A stretch of 64,000 bases of DNA from an uncultured Acidobacteriota bacterium (GTDB lineage Bacteria; Acidobacteriota; Vicinamibacteria; Vicinamibacterales; UBA8438): NCBI GenBank assembly GCA_913043225.1, contig CAJWLU010000014.1, positions 18,903 through 82,902 of the forward strand, read 5' to 3'. The notes beneath the pieces were generated by a model, which had not been told where the DNA came from, made no database searches, and saw nothing but the letters and a program-made list of their open reading frames with translations. Made by a program: the position numbers and the translations under genes. Positions 19,829 to 32,699 of this stretch are shown piece after piece (positions within the stretch are counted from its first letter, which is position 1; every line of letters starts with the position of its first letter).

Positions 19829-20401
19829 TCACCCGGCGTCCGGGAATCCGGGCGTGGCGCGAACCTCCGCAATCTGGGCTAGATGCCGCTGATGGTGCAT
19901 CGGAATATAGAGGAGCCACTGGTACGCGTCGAGCGCGCCATACATAACCCGATGATGCTTAAGGTGATGAGCCCGCAAAGGCGCGTCGGTGGTAACCGCG
20001 AACTCGAGCGACCGAGCGCGACACCGCCCGAACTCCTCTAGGGCCTCGGCCCTGTCGACTCTGCCGGTCGGCACCGCCTGACCTGGAGCATCCCGGCGCT
20101 CGCTTCGATCCTGCAGCGACTCGACGATAAGGGCGTCCTTCATCCCGACCCCGTCCGACCAGTTCTCTGACACGGTTTGACCGAGGGCCCGCTCGACCTG
20201 TCCCAGCAGGCTGATCTCGACACGCCCCAAATGCTCGACGATCAGGCGGATCGACCAGGCCTCGTCCGAAGGGCGATAGTCCCATTGGGCGTCGGTCAGC
20301 GGTTCCACCACCCCCAGCAAATCGTCGCGGGTCCGCTCGAAGAGCTCGACCACGAACGCACGCTCCTCAGAAGTGAGACGCGGATCGGACCGAGTGGTCA
20401 C
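19829..20401 (-). CDS. DinB family protein
   Basis: WSIRLIVEHL and HHQRHLAQI motifs; GTGA overlap start at 20401. Confidence 0.85.
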   Translation of the reverse strand: MTTRSDPRLTSEERAFVVELFERTRDDLLGVVEPLTDAQWDYRPSDEAWSIRLIVEHLGRVEISLLGQVERALGQTVSENWSDGVGMKDALIVESLQDRSERRDAPGQAVPTGRVDRAEALEEFGRCRARSLEFAVTTDAPLRAHHLKHHRVMYGALDAYQWLLYIPMHHQRHLAQIAEVRATPGFPDAG

Positions 20402-21321
20402 GCGGCACCGACTCCTCTCTTCTTCCAGTACCGGGCCAGCCCCAGCCAGCACTGGTCGAGCGGGGCCGCCTGGCCATAAAGCGCGGCGGCGGTGTCGGTC
20501 ATGTGACGCTTTAGGTAGCTCAGCAGTCCGGTCACGAAACGCTCTGTCTGTTCTTCCGGACTTCCGCCCGACTCGGCGATACCGCGCGCGAGTTCGGCCA
20601 TACCGTCGAGGTGTTCGACGAGACTGGCCAGGTGGGCGGCAGGTTCGCCGTGTGCCCCGAAGTGGGTGACGAAGAGCGTGTCGGCTTGCCAGCGCTCGAT
20701 ATCCGCGATGCTGGCTTTCCAGGTCTCGATGTCGATGTCGGGCGGCGGGGTGGGCGGCATCGCGAACAGCTCGGAGCCAGTGCGAATGCCCGCGGTGTCA
20801 CCGACAAACGCCACGCCACTGGCCCGGTCGAAGTAGCAGACGTGATGCGACGCATGTCCCGGCGTGTTGAGCACCTCGAGCTGGCGATCGCCAGCGGTCA
20901 CGGTCTCACCGCCGGTCAGTGGATGCAGGTTCGCCTCGGGCACCGCCAAGAACTCGCCCCACAGTCGATCCATGTCATCGCCGTACAGCCGCGTAGCGCT
21001 GGTGATTAGCTTGGTGGGATCGGCCATGTGGGACGCGCCGCGCTCGTGCACATAAACCTGAATGTCCGGATTCTCCCGCAGTAAGTGCCCTGTGGCGCCA
21101 GCATGGTCGAGGTGGATGTGCGTCAACAGTACCGTCCGCACGTCCGCCACCTCGATGCCCTGTCCAGCAAGCGCACCTCTCAGCGTCTCGAGACAGGTGG
21201 TCGGACCGGGGTCAACAAGGGTCACCCCCGAGACGCTCTGGATGACTCCAGTGGCAATGACTCGCGGCGAGCCCAGGAACATCAGATCGGCGCACGTGAT
21301 ACCGCGCGCAATGGTCTGCAT
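20398..21321 (-). CDS. MBL-fold metallo-hydrolase
   Basis: THIHLDHAG, TPGHASHH, GD, THFG. Confidence 0.92.
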   Translation of the reverse strand: MQTIARGITCADLMFLGSPRVIATGVIQSVSGVTLVDPGPTTCLETLRGALAGQGIEVADVRTVLLTHIHLDHAGATGHLLRENPDIQVYVHERGASHMADPTKLITSATRLYGDDMDRLWGEFLAVPEANLHPLTGGETVTAGDRQLEVLNTPGHASHHVCYFDRASGVAFVGDTAGIRTGSELFAMPPTPPPDIDIETWKASIADIERWQADTLFVTHFGAHGEPAAHLASLVEHLDGMAELARGIAESGGSPEEQTERFVTGLLSYLKRHMTDTAAALYGQAAPLDQCWLGLARYWKKRGVGAA

Positions 21322-21393
21322 AGCCGTGAAATCTTACTATGTGGCCTGCTTGACGGCGTCAGGGCCTCCATAGTCTGATGGACGAAGACAGGC

Positions 21394-21705
21394 ATGACGC
21401 GCCAGCCGACCACTGACCATGGGGTCCTCGAGGAGACCCGGCTCAAGACCCGCAAGCCCACGCGCTTCAAGGTCATCCTACTCAACGACGACTACACCAC
21501 AATGGAGTTCGTCGTGCAGGTACTCGAGTCGATCTTCCACAAGACCCCGTCAGAGGCCTATCGGATCATGATGCAGGTACACACCGAGGGCCGTGGGATC
21601 TGCGGTGCGTATAGCCATGAGGTGGCCGAGACCAAGGTCGCCACCACTAGTGACCTCGCGCGACGGGAGGGCTTCCCGTTGCAAGCGATGATCGAAGAGG
21701 AGTAG
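21394..21705 (+). CDS. clpS: ATP-dependent Clp protease adaptor ClpS
   Basis: KVILLNDDYTTMEFVV, VHTEG, VAETKV, GFPL. Confidence 0.96.
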   Translation: MTRQPTTDHGVLEETRLKTRKPTRFKVILLNDDYTTMEFVVQVLESIFHKTPSEAYRIMMQVHTEGRGICGAYSHEVAETKVATTSDLARREGFPLQAMIEEE

Positions 21706-21715
21706 CGGCGCAACG

Positions 21716-24115
<2,400 letters not shown>

Positions 24116-24121
24116 AGCCGG

Positions 24122-24322
24122 CTAGTGTGCCGGGTCTTTCGAGTCGCCTTCCAGCGCCAGGACTAGGTCCCGGAGTAGGTTGATCTGCTGTTCGGCGGCG
24201 TGCAGGATGGCCCGGCGCTCCTGCACGCTCGGGATAGACCAGTCCTCACCTTCGAGCCGCACCCGCCCGTCAGGCTCAAAATCGACCAGCACCGCTTCCA
24301 TCGTCTCGACATAGAGCTTCAT
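24122..24322 (-). CDS. Small hypothetical protein
   Basis: 66-aa ORF (MKLYVETMEAV...) with a purine-rich RBS, fills the gap after the ACT gene. Confidence 0.65.
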   Translation of the reverse strand: MKLYVETMEAVLVDFEPDGRVRLEGEDWSIPSVQERRAILHAAEQQINLLRDLVLALEGDSKDPAH

Positions 24323-24345
24323 GGCTGCCTTCTCCGAGGACCGTG

Positions 24346-24729
24346 TCACATGCCAGCCGCGGCCGCGGCTCGCTGGGCGTCCTCAACCACCACGACGAGG
24401 GCGGCCATCTCCTGTTCGCTACCCGCGGTGGCAAACGCGTACTCGATGTTCACCCCAGCCTGGCTCAAGAGGCGTGCCGCCGCGCTGACCCCGCCCGGAC
24501 CATTAGACACGGTCACGTACAGGACCTCCCGCTCCTCGACGATATAGTCACGATTGCGGAGCAAGCCGGCGACGTGGACGGGATTGTCGGCTACCAAGAG
24601 CAACACGCCGGTGCCCTCAAGACTCATCCCAATGATGTTGGCGTTCTCTCGTGCCAGAGCCTGGCAGACGCGGTCGAGGGCGCCAAGCGTGTTCTCGAGA
24701 CGAAGGGTCAGGGCGGTCCGGATCGCCAT
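24346..24729 (-). CDS. Tandem ACT-domain protein
   Basis: LENTLGALDRVCQALARENANI and VSNGPGGVSAAARLLSQAGVNIEYAF. Confidence 0.88.
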   Translation of the reverse strand: MAIRTALTLRLENTLGALDRVCQALARENANIIGMSLEGTGVLLLVADNPVHVAGLLRNRDYIVEEREVLYVTVSNGPGGVSAAARLLSQAGVNIEYAFATAGSEQEMAALVVVVEDAQRAAAAAGM

Positions 24730-24788
24730 CCCGCGGAGGATACAACACCCGACCGCTGCGCCCGGGAGCGAAGTAGTAACATGCGAGT

Positions 24789-27542
24789 ATGACTGTTGGG
24801 CGCGTGCGGGAGGCCGCGGCTCTCGTCGCATGTCTCCTGACCCTCGGGACGCCAGACGCGGCCGCGCAACCATTGGCGCCAGGCGCCTACGGACCGCTCG
24901 TCGACTTCCTGGAGGGGGCGGTGCTCGCCGGCGACCCGCAGGGCTACATGGCGCTGCTCAGCCCGGACGCCGACCTCGAGGCGGCGCGCACGTTCGCCGA
25001 CACCAGCCTACCGCGCGGCGTCGACCGAGTCACCATCGTTCCGCGCTTCCAACTGCCGATCAAGGACGTCCCGATCGGTGAGGGGGTCACCCTCACGGCT
25101 GAGGTGTTCGCCGAATCTGGGAATCACGGACGACTTGAGACCTGGATGCTCGAGCTGAGGCGTCCGGACGTCGGCACCGACTGGGCCATCCGGAGCCAGG
25201 CCATCATCGATACGGTGGACAACCTCCGACACCTCCGCCTCGACCCCACCACGCAGTACGAGGCAGATAACGTCGTCGTGCTGGGCGAGGACCTCTCACT
25301 GACCCTTTCGGGGACAGCGTTTGCGGCCGAAACCGACGAGGGCATGACCGGGCTGGTCTTGCTGGGTGACGGATTGATGAGCTTTGCGCCCCGACCCGAG
25401 GCCGAACAAGGCCAGGTGCGGATTTTCAGCGGGGACGACCGGCTCGAGACCGAGTTCGACGCCGTCTTCATCCGGGTCCACCCCGAGGTGTTCTCGTCCC
25501 AGGTGTCTACCAACAGCCTGATCGAGCAAACCGTCGACCCACGGGCACTCGAGAAGGCCACACGCGTCTTCGATGAGTTCATCGGGCTGTCGTTCACTTT
25601 AGACCTGTCCCACATCAGTGACCGCTTGTGGTCGGTCAGTCCCAGCGTCGGCGACTTTCTCGCCGAGATCAAGACACGGCGGCACGGCACGCTGACCTAT
25701 GCCCAGTCCGCCCAACAGCCCGAGGACATCTCGCTGTCAGTCCGCGACACCAATCGCATCGTCTCCCTGTATCCGTCGGCCCGGAAACGCGCTACCCAGA
25801 CCCGGTACTTCTCCGACGACGATGCCGCATTGCTCGACATTCTGGATTTCGACATCACCGCTTCGTTCGAGCCGCTCGGTTTCTCCCAACAGAACTTCCG
25901 GGCGCGGCGGGAACTGGTCGGCTGTCGGATCGTCGGCACCGCCCGACTGGCAGTCAAGGTGAAGTCGCTGCCGATAGCCGCGTTCAGTCTGCGGCTCGCC
26001 GACGAACTTGCCGTCTCGTCGATCACGTCGAGTGAGTTCGGCCCGCTCCTGTTCTTCCGGCTGGCCGGACAGAACAACGTGGTGGTACACCTGCCGACCG
26101 AGGCGCCAGGCGGCACCGAGTTCACCGTCACGGTGACCTACGCGGGCGATCTCCCCGCACAGCAGCTCGATGAGAACTGGTTGGCCAGCCAGTACTTTTT
26201 CTTCGAAGCCGAGGGGGTCTTTGGACTCGGCGAGCCCCGCTACGTCTACAGCAATCGGAGCTACTGGTATCCGCAGGGACGCTTCAGCGACTACGCGACC
26301 GCCACAATGAACCTCTCGGTGCCAGCGGGCTGGGGCGTCGTCGCCAGCGGCGACCCGCTCCCCGACAATCCACCGGTGGCCGAAGGGGACGACACGGGGC
26401 CCCGGCAGTATTCGTTCGTGGCGTTGCAGCCGGCCCGGTATCTCTCAGCGCTCATTTCGCGCTTCGAAGAACACTCCACCCCGACCCGACAGATCCGGCT
26501 GCCGACAGCCCACGCCGACCGGCCGGAGAGCACCACCGGGGGCGTCTACTACGACACGTTGACCCTGAACACAGTGGGCAGCGCCCGCAGCATGCGGACT
26601 GTCGACGACACTACCGAGCGGGCGGCCAAGATCGCCGCTTTTTATGCGGAACTGCTGGGCGACGTGCCGTACCCGTCGATGACCGTAGCGCTCACCGACA
26701 ACCGGCTGCCGGGCGGACATAGCCCCGCCTACTTCGCCATCATGAACCACGAGCTCCCTCGAAACCCGGGCATCATGGTCTCGTGGCAGACCGACCCTGT
26801 CAGCTTCAGCGGCTATCCGTCGTTCTTCCTGGCACACGAGATTGCCCATCAATGGTGGGGACAGGCGGTCGGCTGGAAGAACTACCACGAGCAATGGCTG
26901 AGTGAAGGGCTCGCGCAGTACTTCGCCGCGCTCCACGCCGAGCACGACGACGGAGCGGAGTCATTTAGCGACATCCTGCGTCAGATGCGTCGATGGGCAC
27001 TCCGGCACACCGACGAAGGCCCCATCTCGCTGGGCTACCGCCTCGGTCACCTTGACCGCGAGCCGCGGATCTTCCGAGCCCTCGTCTACAACAAGGGTGC
27101 GATGGTCCTGCACATGCTGCGCGGGTTGATCGGAGACGACGCCTTCTTTGAAGGCCTGCGCCGGTTCTACCACAACTGGCGCTTCCGGAAAGCAGGCACC
27201 GACGCGCTGCAGGAGGCGTTCGAGACCGAGGCCGGCCGACCGCTCGGTCGCTTCTTCGAGCGGTGGATTCACGAGTCCGCGCTCCCCCACCTCGTGTTCA
27301 GGTCACAGACCGAGACCGGACCTGACGGTGAGGTGGTGGTGCTCCGATTCGAGCAGCAGACCGAGCGACTCTACGAGCTTCCCGTCACCGTCGAGCTGAC
27401 CTTTCGGAACGACGACGTGGAGTCGGTCGTCGTGCCCATCGTGGACACCGTGACTGAAATGCGGGTCCCCACCGACGGTCGGCGTCTCCGCCGGGTACGG
27501 GTGGACCGGGACGAGCTAGCGCTGGCCAAGATCGATCGTTAA
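24789..27542 (+). CDS. M1 family aminopeptidase-like secreted protein
   Basis: LAHEIAHQWWG...WLSEGLAQY, YNKGAMVLHMLR; long unexplained N-terminal region; signal peptide. Confidence 0.88.
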   Translation: MTVGRVREAAALVACLLTLGTPDAAAQPLAPGAYGPLVDFLEGAVLAGDPQGYMALLSPDADLEAARTFADTSLPRGVDRVTIVPRFQLPIKDVPIGEGVTLTAEVFAESGNHGRLETWMLELRRPDVGTDWAIRSQAIIDTVDNLRHLRLDPTTQYEADNVVVLGEDLSLTLSGTAFAAETDEGMTGLVLLGDGLMSFAPRPEAEQGQVRIFSGDDRLETEFDAVFIRVHPEVFSSQVSTNSLIEQTVDPRALEKATRVFDEFIGLSFTLDLSHISDRLWSVSPSVGDFLAEIKTRRHGTLTYAQSAQQPEDISLSVRDTNRIVSLYPSARKRATQTRYFSDDDAALLDILDFDITASFEPLGFSQQNFRARRELVGCRIVGTARLAVKVKSLPIAAFSLRLADELAVSSITSSEFGPLLFFRLAGQNNVVVHLPTEAPGGTEFTVTVTYAGDLPAQQLDENWLASQYFFFEAEGVFGLGEPRYVYSNRSYWYPQGRFSDYATATMNLSVPAGWGVVASGDPLPDNPPVAEGDDTGPRQYSFVALQPARYLSALISRFEEHSTPTRQIRLPTAHADRPESTTGGVYYDTLTLNTVGSARSMRTVDDTTERAAKIAAFYAELLGDVPYPSMTVALTDNRLPGGHSPAYFAIMNHELPRNPGIMVSWQTDPVSFSGYPSFFLAHEIAHQWWGQAVGWKNYHEQWLSEGLAQYFAALHAEHDDGAESFSDILRQMRRWALRHTDEGPISLGYRLGHLDREPRIFRALVYNKGAMVLHMLRGLIGDDAFFEGLRRFYHNWRFRKAGTDALQEAFETEAGRPLGRFFERWIHESALPHLVFRSQTETGPDGEVVVLRFEQQTERLYELPVTVELTFRNDDVESVVVPIVDTVTEMRVPTDGRRLRRVRVDRDELALAKIDR

Positions 27543-27648
27543 CAGTCGCAGGCGGACGAAGCTACAGGGCGAGCGGCCAAACCGACGGTTCCAGGTTTGG
27601 CGCAGCCAACATCGTGACCCGTTGGCGTTGGCCCACGGGTCGGGCTTG

Positions 27649-28068
27649 CTAGTGGAGGAAGATCTCCTCGACTCGGGGATCTTCCGGAGACGCGTCGAGC
27701 GCAAAGACCAGGGCAAACTGCCGGCTGTCGTACTCGTAGAAACGGGTCAAGCGCTCCCCCTGCCCGCTGTCGTCAAGTTCCTGACGCCCCACCTCGACCC
27801 CACGACCGAACAGCGCGGCGATTTGGGAGGCCGTGTCGCCAACCCGAACCCCCTTCCCATCCCCGAAGAGCAACACCGGGAGGCTGACAGCCCCTGGGGG
27901 CACCGCCGCCGGAGGCGCCAGCGCCGGGGTCTCGGCAGTCGCCTGGTCGGTCGTGAACTCGCGGAACGTACGCACCAAGCCGGTTCCCACCCAGACCACC
28001 GCCACCAGGAAGCCGGCTGCCGCGCCCCACTGCAAGAAGGATCCCGTTCGCCGGCGTAGGGTTGTCAT
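27649..28068 (-). CDS. Hypothetical single-TM protein
   Basis: N-terminal TM helix, Pro/Ala linker, small globular domain. Confidence 0.7.
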   Translation of the reverse strand: MTTLRRRTGSFLQWGAAAGFLVAVVWVGTGLVRTFREFTTDQATAETPALAPPAAVPPGAVSLPVLLFGDGKGVRVGDTASQIAALFGRGVEVGRQELDDSGQGERLTRFYEYDSRQFALVFALDASPEDPRVEEIFLH

Positions 28069-28237
28069 ATCGCTGTCCGTGGTCGGGGCATTCTACCTCC
28101 GGGAAGGCGGCTGCTACGCAACCGGCCGAGGGCGACATCTTGATATGATCGAGGCTGGTCTGAATCGTGGCGACGTCTAGCGGATCGGCAAGACTCGACC
28201 CGAGAGGACCGCATCCCGATTCAACGCGGAGGCAATA

Positions 28238-29992
28238 GTGCGCTCGATCTCATTCACGACGCGGTGGCAACTCGTCACACTGGCATTGGCCGTCACGGCA
28301 GTGGCCGGTCCGCTGGCCGCCCAGATGCGTCTTCCAGAGCTCAGGTTCTCACCGCTCACCGAGACCGACGCCGTCCATGCCGGCAACACAGCCCGCGTCA
28401 GCCTGGATGTCACGCTGAACGCCGGATTCCACGTTAATTCGGACAGACCGCTCGACCCAACGCTGATCCCGACGGTGCTGACGCTCGAGCCTCCCGAGGG
28501 GATCTCCCTGGACGGCCTGGCTTTTCCAGAGCCAATCCTGGTGGGCGTGGCCGGCATCGAGGAACCCCTCGCAGTCTTCGAAGAGGAGTTCCGGATCGGC
28601 GTGAGTCTCGATCTGGCCGGCGATCTAGCCTCGGGCCTCTATGCCGTGCCCGGCAACCTCCGCTGGCAAGCGTGCAACGACACGATGTGTTTCGCGCCCA
28701 AGAACACCCCGGTGCAGTTCGAGCTCACGGTGGTGTCGTCGGACACGGCACTGGCCACCGTGCACGACAACTTTTTCGGCGGTCTGACGGAAGCCGACCT
28801 AAGTGACGCGCCGTCACCGGCACCGGTGGCGGCCATGGTCGACAACGTCTCGGTCGTCGCCACCTTGGGCGAGTTCGAGGTGCTCGGGAGCACCGGCGGC
28901 TACCTCAACACCGAGGATTTCCTCGGGTTCATCGAAGCAGCCGAGTCTGGCGAAGGCAATCAGGGGTGGTTCGAGGGCCGCGGACCTTTAGCCATCCTGG
29001 CGCTCATCCTGGTGGGAGGTCTGGCGCTGAATTTGACACCCTGCGTACTGCCAATGATCCCGATCAACTTAGCCATCATCGGGGCCGGCACCCGCGCCGG
29101 GTCCCGCGTGCGCGGTTTCGCCCTCGGCGGGACCTACGGGCTGGCTATGGCGCTCGTCTACGGCATTCTCGGACTGGTGGTTATCCTGACCGCCGGCACG
29201 TTCGGCACGATCAATTCCTCACCCTGGTTCAACGTCAGCATAGCGGCGCTGTTCGTAGTGCTGGGCCTGGCGATGTTCGACGTCCTGGCGATCGATTTCT
29301 CAAGCCTACAGTCGAAGCTCACGATGGGAGACAACGAGAACGGCTCGTTCATCGTGGCGTTCGGCATGGGGGCGGTCGCAGCGCTTCTGGCCGGCGCCTG
29401 CGTGGCCCCGGTCGTGATTCAGGTCATCGTGTTCTCGAGCAATCTCTATGGCACCGGCACCACCGTCGCGCTGTTGCTACCCTTCTTCCTCGGCATCGGC
29501 ATGGCGTTGCCCTGGCCGATCGCCGGCGCCGGTCTCTCGTTGATGCCGAAGCCGGGACCGTGGATGGTACATGTCAAGCATGCCTTCGGCGTCTTCATCC
29601 TCGGCACGGCCGTCTACTACGGGTACATCGGCTACGGGCTGTTCGCCCAGCGATGGGTCGATCCGACCGAGGTGGCTGACAGCGTGCAGGAACTGCTGGA
29701 CGAGGGTTGGTACGCCTCACTCGCGCAAGGACTCGAGGTGGCCGAGGCCGAAGACAAGCTAGTGCTAGTGGATATGTGGGCAACCTGGTGCAAGAACTGC
29801 CTCACGATGGACCAGACCACGCTCAAGGCCCCCCCAGTCGAGGCTGGTCTCGAGGACTACGTCAAGGTCAAGTTCCAAGCCGAGGATCTTGACGCATCGC
29901 CCGCCCGTGAGGTCTTGCAGCACATGGAGGGCATCGGGCTGCCCACGTACGCCATCCTGCGCAAGCGGGCCGAGCCAGCGGCAGGCAACTGA
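28238..29992 (+). CDS. dsbD: DsbD-like thiol:disulfide interchange protein (DsbD-alpha + CcdA + thioredoxin)
   Basis: QACNDTMCFAP, LNLTPCVLPMIP, GACVAP, WATWCKNC. Confidence 0.88.
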   Translation: MRSISFTTRWQLVTLALAVTAVAGPLAAQMRLPELRFSPLTETDAVHAGNTARVSLDVTLNAGFHVNSDRPLDPTLIPTVLTLEPPEGISLDGLAFPEPILVGVAGIEEPLAVFEEEFRIGVSLDLAGDLASGLYAVPGNLRWQACNDTMCFAPKNTPVQFELTVVSSDTALATVHDNFFGGLTEADLSDAPSPAPVAAMVDNVSVVATLGEFEVLGSTGGYLNTEDFLGFIEAAESGEGNQGWFEGRGPLAILALILVGGLALNLTPCVLPMIPINLAIIGAGTRAGSRVRGFALGGTYGLAMALVYGILGLVVILTAGTFGTINSSPWFNVSIAALFVVLGLAMFDVLAIDFSSLQSKLTMGDNENGSFIVAFGMGAVAALLAGACVAPVVIQVIVFSSNLYGTGTTVALLLPFFLGIGMALPWPIAGAGLSLMPKPGPWMVHVKHAFGVFILGTAVYYGYIGYGLFAQRWVDPTEVADSVQELLDEGWYASLAQGLEVAEAEDKLVLVDMWATWCKNCLTMDQTTLKAPPVEAGLEDYVKVKFQAEDLDASPAREVLQHMEGIGLPTYAILRKRAEPAAGN

Positions 29993-29999
29993 GGTGGGC

Positions 30000-30416
30000 G
30001 TGACGAGTCAGCCGTTCCCGCGACTGCTGGCGCCAGCCCTCGTGATGACCGCCGCAGGGCTGACGGGGTGCGCGGTCGAGCCGAACGACACCAATCTGAA
30101 GGATTCCTTTGTCGCCCAGATCGAAAGTGTGGGCGGTGTCAGCGGCATGACTAGGAACGGCGACACCCTGACTTTCAGCGGCCCTGATGGACAGGGGGAC
30201 ACCGCCCAATGGCAAGTCCAGCTGGACGTCGTCGAGCTGGTCACTGAGGGGGAGCTGCGGGGCAACATCCGTTCCGTTTGGGTACGCGACGGCACACCGC
30301 TCGAAGCGCCAGTGGGATCGATGTCGTTCATGCCCGTCCCTTTCCTCGAAACGGGCATCGCGCAAGACTGCTATGCCATCTGGGACGAAGACACCCGAAC
30401 CTGGGGCTGGACCTAG
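30000..30416 (+). CDS. Hypothetical lipoprotein
   Basis: GAGG then GTG 30000; lipobox LTGC. Confidence 0.7.
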   Translation: MTSQPFPRLLAPALVMTAAGLTGCAVEPNDTNLKDSFVAQIESVGGVSGMTRNGDTLTFSGPDGQGDTAQWQVQLDVVELVTEGELRGNIRSVWVRDGTPLEAPVGSMSFMPVPFLETGIAQDCYAIWDEDTRTWGWT

Positions 30417-30457
30417 GCATTCAGCCCGGATCAACCCCGGATTACCAGGCGGCGGTG

Positions 30458-31354
30458 TTAGGTACGTGGTACGCGGACGTTGAGCGCGTTCGGATGGACG
30501 CGGGCCGTCAGGGTTGACTGGGCGGGCATCGGCTCACCATCCACGTGAAACGGCATAAGCGTATTCGAGCTCAGCGTCACGGAGGAGACCGAGCGGGTCT
30601 TCACCAGAGGATGCCTGTCGATCGACCCGGCAAGAAGCCGGGGCACGCTCCAGGCGATCCGTGGCAGACCCATTGGTCCTACCGTCACCACCTCCAGCCG
30701 TCCATCATCCAGCAGCGCGCCGGGCGCGATCAGCGCGCCGTTACCATACTGCCGCCCGTTGGCAATCTCGATAATCAGCGCCTCCTGTTCCTCAGTGGCG
30801 TCCTCGAACTCGAGCCGGTAGCGTTCCGCGCGATACGACAGCACCTTGGCCACGGTGGCTTGCATGTACGTCCGTAGTCCGCGACCAGACAAGTGGCTAA
30901 ACAGCTCCGCCACCGAGGCCGCCAGCCCCACCCCGCCCACGTTGACAAAGTAGCGGCCACCGAGCTCCCCCGCATCAATCCGACGGTCGGCACCCTGGGC
31001 CGCGATCCGCATCGCGTCGCGTGGACGCAGGCTGATACCGAGCTCCCGGGCGAGACCATTTCCGGAACCGGCCGGGACGATGCCGAGCACCGTCGGCCGG
31101 TGGACCAGCGCCCCGGCCACTTCGTTGACAGTGCCGTCGCCGCCCCACGCTACGACGGGAGAATAGCCCCGGTCGGACAGATCGGCGGCGAGCTCCCGGG
31201 CATGCCCGCCACGCTCGGTGAACACAACGGTATGGACAAGCCCGGCCGCGTCACTCGCCCGCTGGGCCAACGCCCGCATGTCTGCACGCGACGAACGACG
31301 CGACGAGGGCCCGGCGTTCGGGTTGATGACGACAGCGATCGGCGACGCGGACAT
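30458..31354 (-). CDS. Diacylglycerol kinase family (YegS/DgkB-like) lipid kinase
   Basis: INPNAG, GGDGTVNEV, PAGSGNGLAR, GRQYGNG, VDGE. Confidence 0.92.
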   Translation of the reverse strand: MSASPIAVVINPNAGPSSRRSSRADMRALAQRASDAAGLVHTVVFTERGGHARELAADLSDRGYSPVVAWGGDGTVNEVAGALVHRPTVLGIVPAGSGNGLARELGISLRPRDAMRIAAQGADRRIDAGELGGRYFVNVGGVGLAASVAELFSHLSGRGLRTYMQATVAKVLSYRAERYRLEFEDATEEQEALIIEIANGRQYGNGALIAPGALLDDGRLEVVTVGPMGLPRIAWSVPRLLAGSIDRHPLVKTRSVSSVTLSSNTLMPFHVDGEPMPAQSTLTARVHPNALNVRVPRT

Positions 31355-31419
31355 CGCGGGGCTCTGGCGTGACGAATCCTCAGTAGGCCTGGATGCCAAT
31401 GCTATAATAATCGCCCAGG

Positions 31420-32661
31420 ATGGCACGTCGCTGGATGCGGGTCACGGTCGTGGTTGGGACCCTGACGGTGCTGTCTTTCCTCGCGCATCAGATCCGACTC
31501 GCCGAACTAACCCTGGACGGCGAGCAGAACGTCGAACGGGCCTTCACCGACCTCAGCTGGACGCTCACCTTGACGCTGGCTGATCTACGTGCGGCCGGGC
31601 AGGCGTACGTAGCTGAAGGCCAGGACCGTCTCTACTGGACCTCCAAGGTCACCGAGCATCTTGCGACCGTGGCCGACAGCCTCGACAATCTTCGACGACT
31701 AGCCATTAGTCCGACGTCGATCGAGGCGCTCGACGCGGTCAGCGCGACGATGGCCGAGCTCGAAACCATCGACCGCCGTGCGCGCGAGCATACTTCACTC
31801 GACCAGCTGCTGCTCGCTTCCGACCTGCTCTTCACCGATGGACAGGAGCTGGCCGCACGGGCCGCGAGCCAGGTGGACCTGGCTCGGTCCGCCGAGCGGA
31901 CGTTGAGGAACGAGACGGTGCGACAGACGCGGACCACGCAGACGCAGCTACTGCTCGGAGGCGTCGGTATCAGTGTCCTCGCGATGCTCCTGTTGGTGCC
32001 GGGCTTGCGACGAAGCGGCGCAGCCCCCTTCAGCGACGAAGCTCAGGAGGAGCCGTCGATCGAGACAAGCGGCGAGACCGCCCCACTGTCGAGCGAGGAC
32101 CGGCTGACGCTGGAGGACCTCGACCTTGGCGCTGCACAGGCCGACGAGACAGAGGCGCCGTCAGCGGCCAGCGCTGGCGCCATGCCGGACCTTCGGCTGG
32201 CGGCCGACCTGTGCACGGACCTAGGCCGACTGGCCGACCCTGGCGATCTGGCGGGTTTGCTGGCGCGCTCGGCCGATCTGATGAACGCGAGCGGTTTGAT
32301 CATCTGGGTGCGCGACCCACGTACCGCAACGCTACGACCGGCCCTCGGACACGGCTACCCAACGCGGACGCTCGCAGCCATGGGGGCCATCCCAGAAGAT
32401 GGCGACAACGCGACCGCCGCCGCCTACCGGGCGGGTCAGATGCAGGTCGTGGAAGGAAGCGAGGGCGGCAGCGGTGCCCTCGCGGCGCCACTGCTCGCGT
32501 CAGAACAGTGTGTCGGTGTGCTCTCAGCGGAGTTGCACGACGGCTGGGAGGCAAGCCCAGCCGTACAGGCGACGGTGGCCATTCTGGCCGCCCAGCTCAC
32601 CACGCTGGTGGCCCCAACCGCAGACAATGACGAAGTGTCGCCAGCCGAGGCTCACGGGTAG
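31420..32661 (+). CDS. Membrane protein: 2 TM + helical periplasmic domain + C-terminal GAF-like domain
   Basis: Two hydrophobic segments, acidic linker, GAF-like motifs (LIIWVRD, LAAPLL...CVGVLSAE). Confidence 0.75.
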   Translation: MARRWMRVTVVVGTLTVLSFLAHQIRLAELTLDGEQNVERAFTDLSWTLTLTLADLRAAGQAYVAEGQDRLYWTSKVTEHLATVADSLDNLRRLAISPTSIEALDAVSATMAELETIDRRAREHTSLDQLLLASDLLFTDGQELAARAASQVDLARSAERTLRNETVRQTRTTQTQLLLGGVGISVLAMLLLVPGLRRSGAAPFSDEAQEEPSIETSGETAPLSSEDRLTLEDLDLGAAQADETEAPSAASAGAMPDLRLAADLCTDLGRLADPGDLAGLLARSADLMNASGLIIWVRDPRTATLRPALGHGYPTRTLAAMGAIPEDGDNATAAAYRAGQMQVVEGSEGGSGALAAPLLASEQCVGVLSAELHDGWEASPAVQATVAILAAQLTTLVAPTADNDEVSPAEAHG

Positions 32662-32699
32662 AGAAACAGACTGCTCCAGCACGAGCCTGTAGAACGGCA

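Noticed and set aside
27543..27648. Two hairpins (GCCAAACC/GGTTTGGC and GACCCGT/ACGGGTC) between convergent genes
   Set aside because: Most simply terminator-like structures; no U-tract or repeat evidence to support a firmer call.
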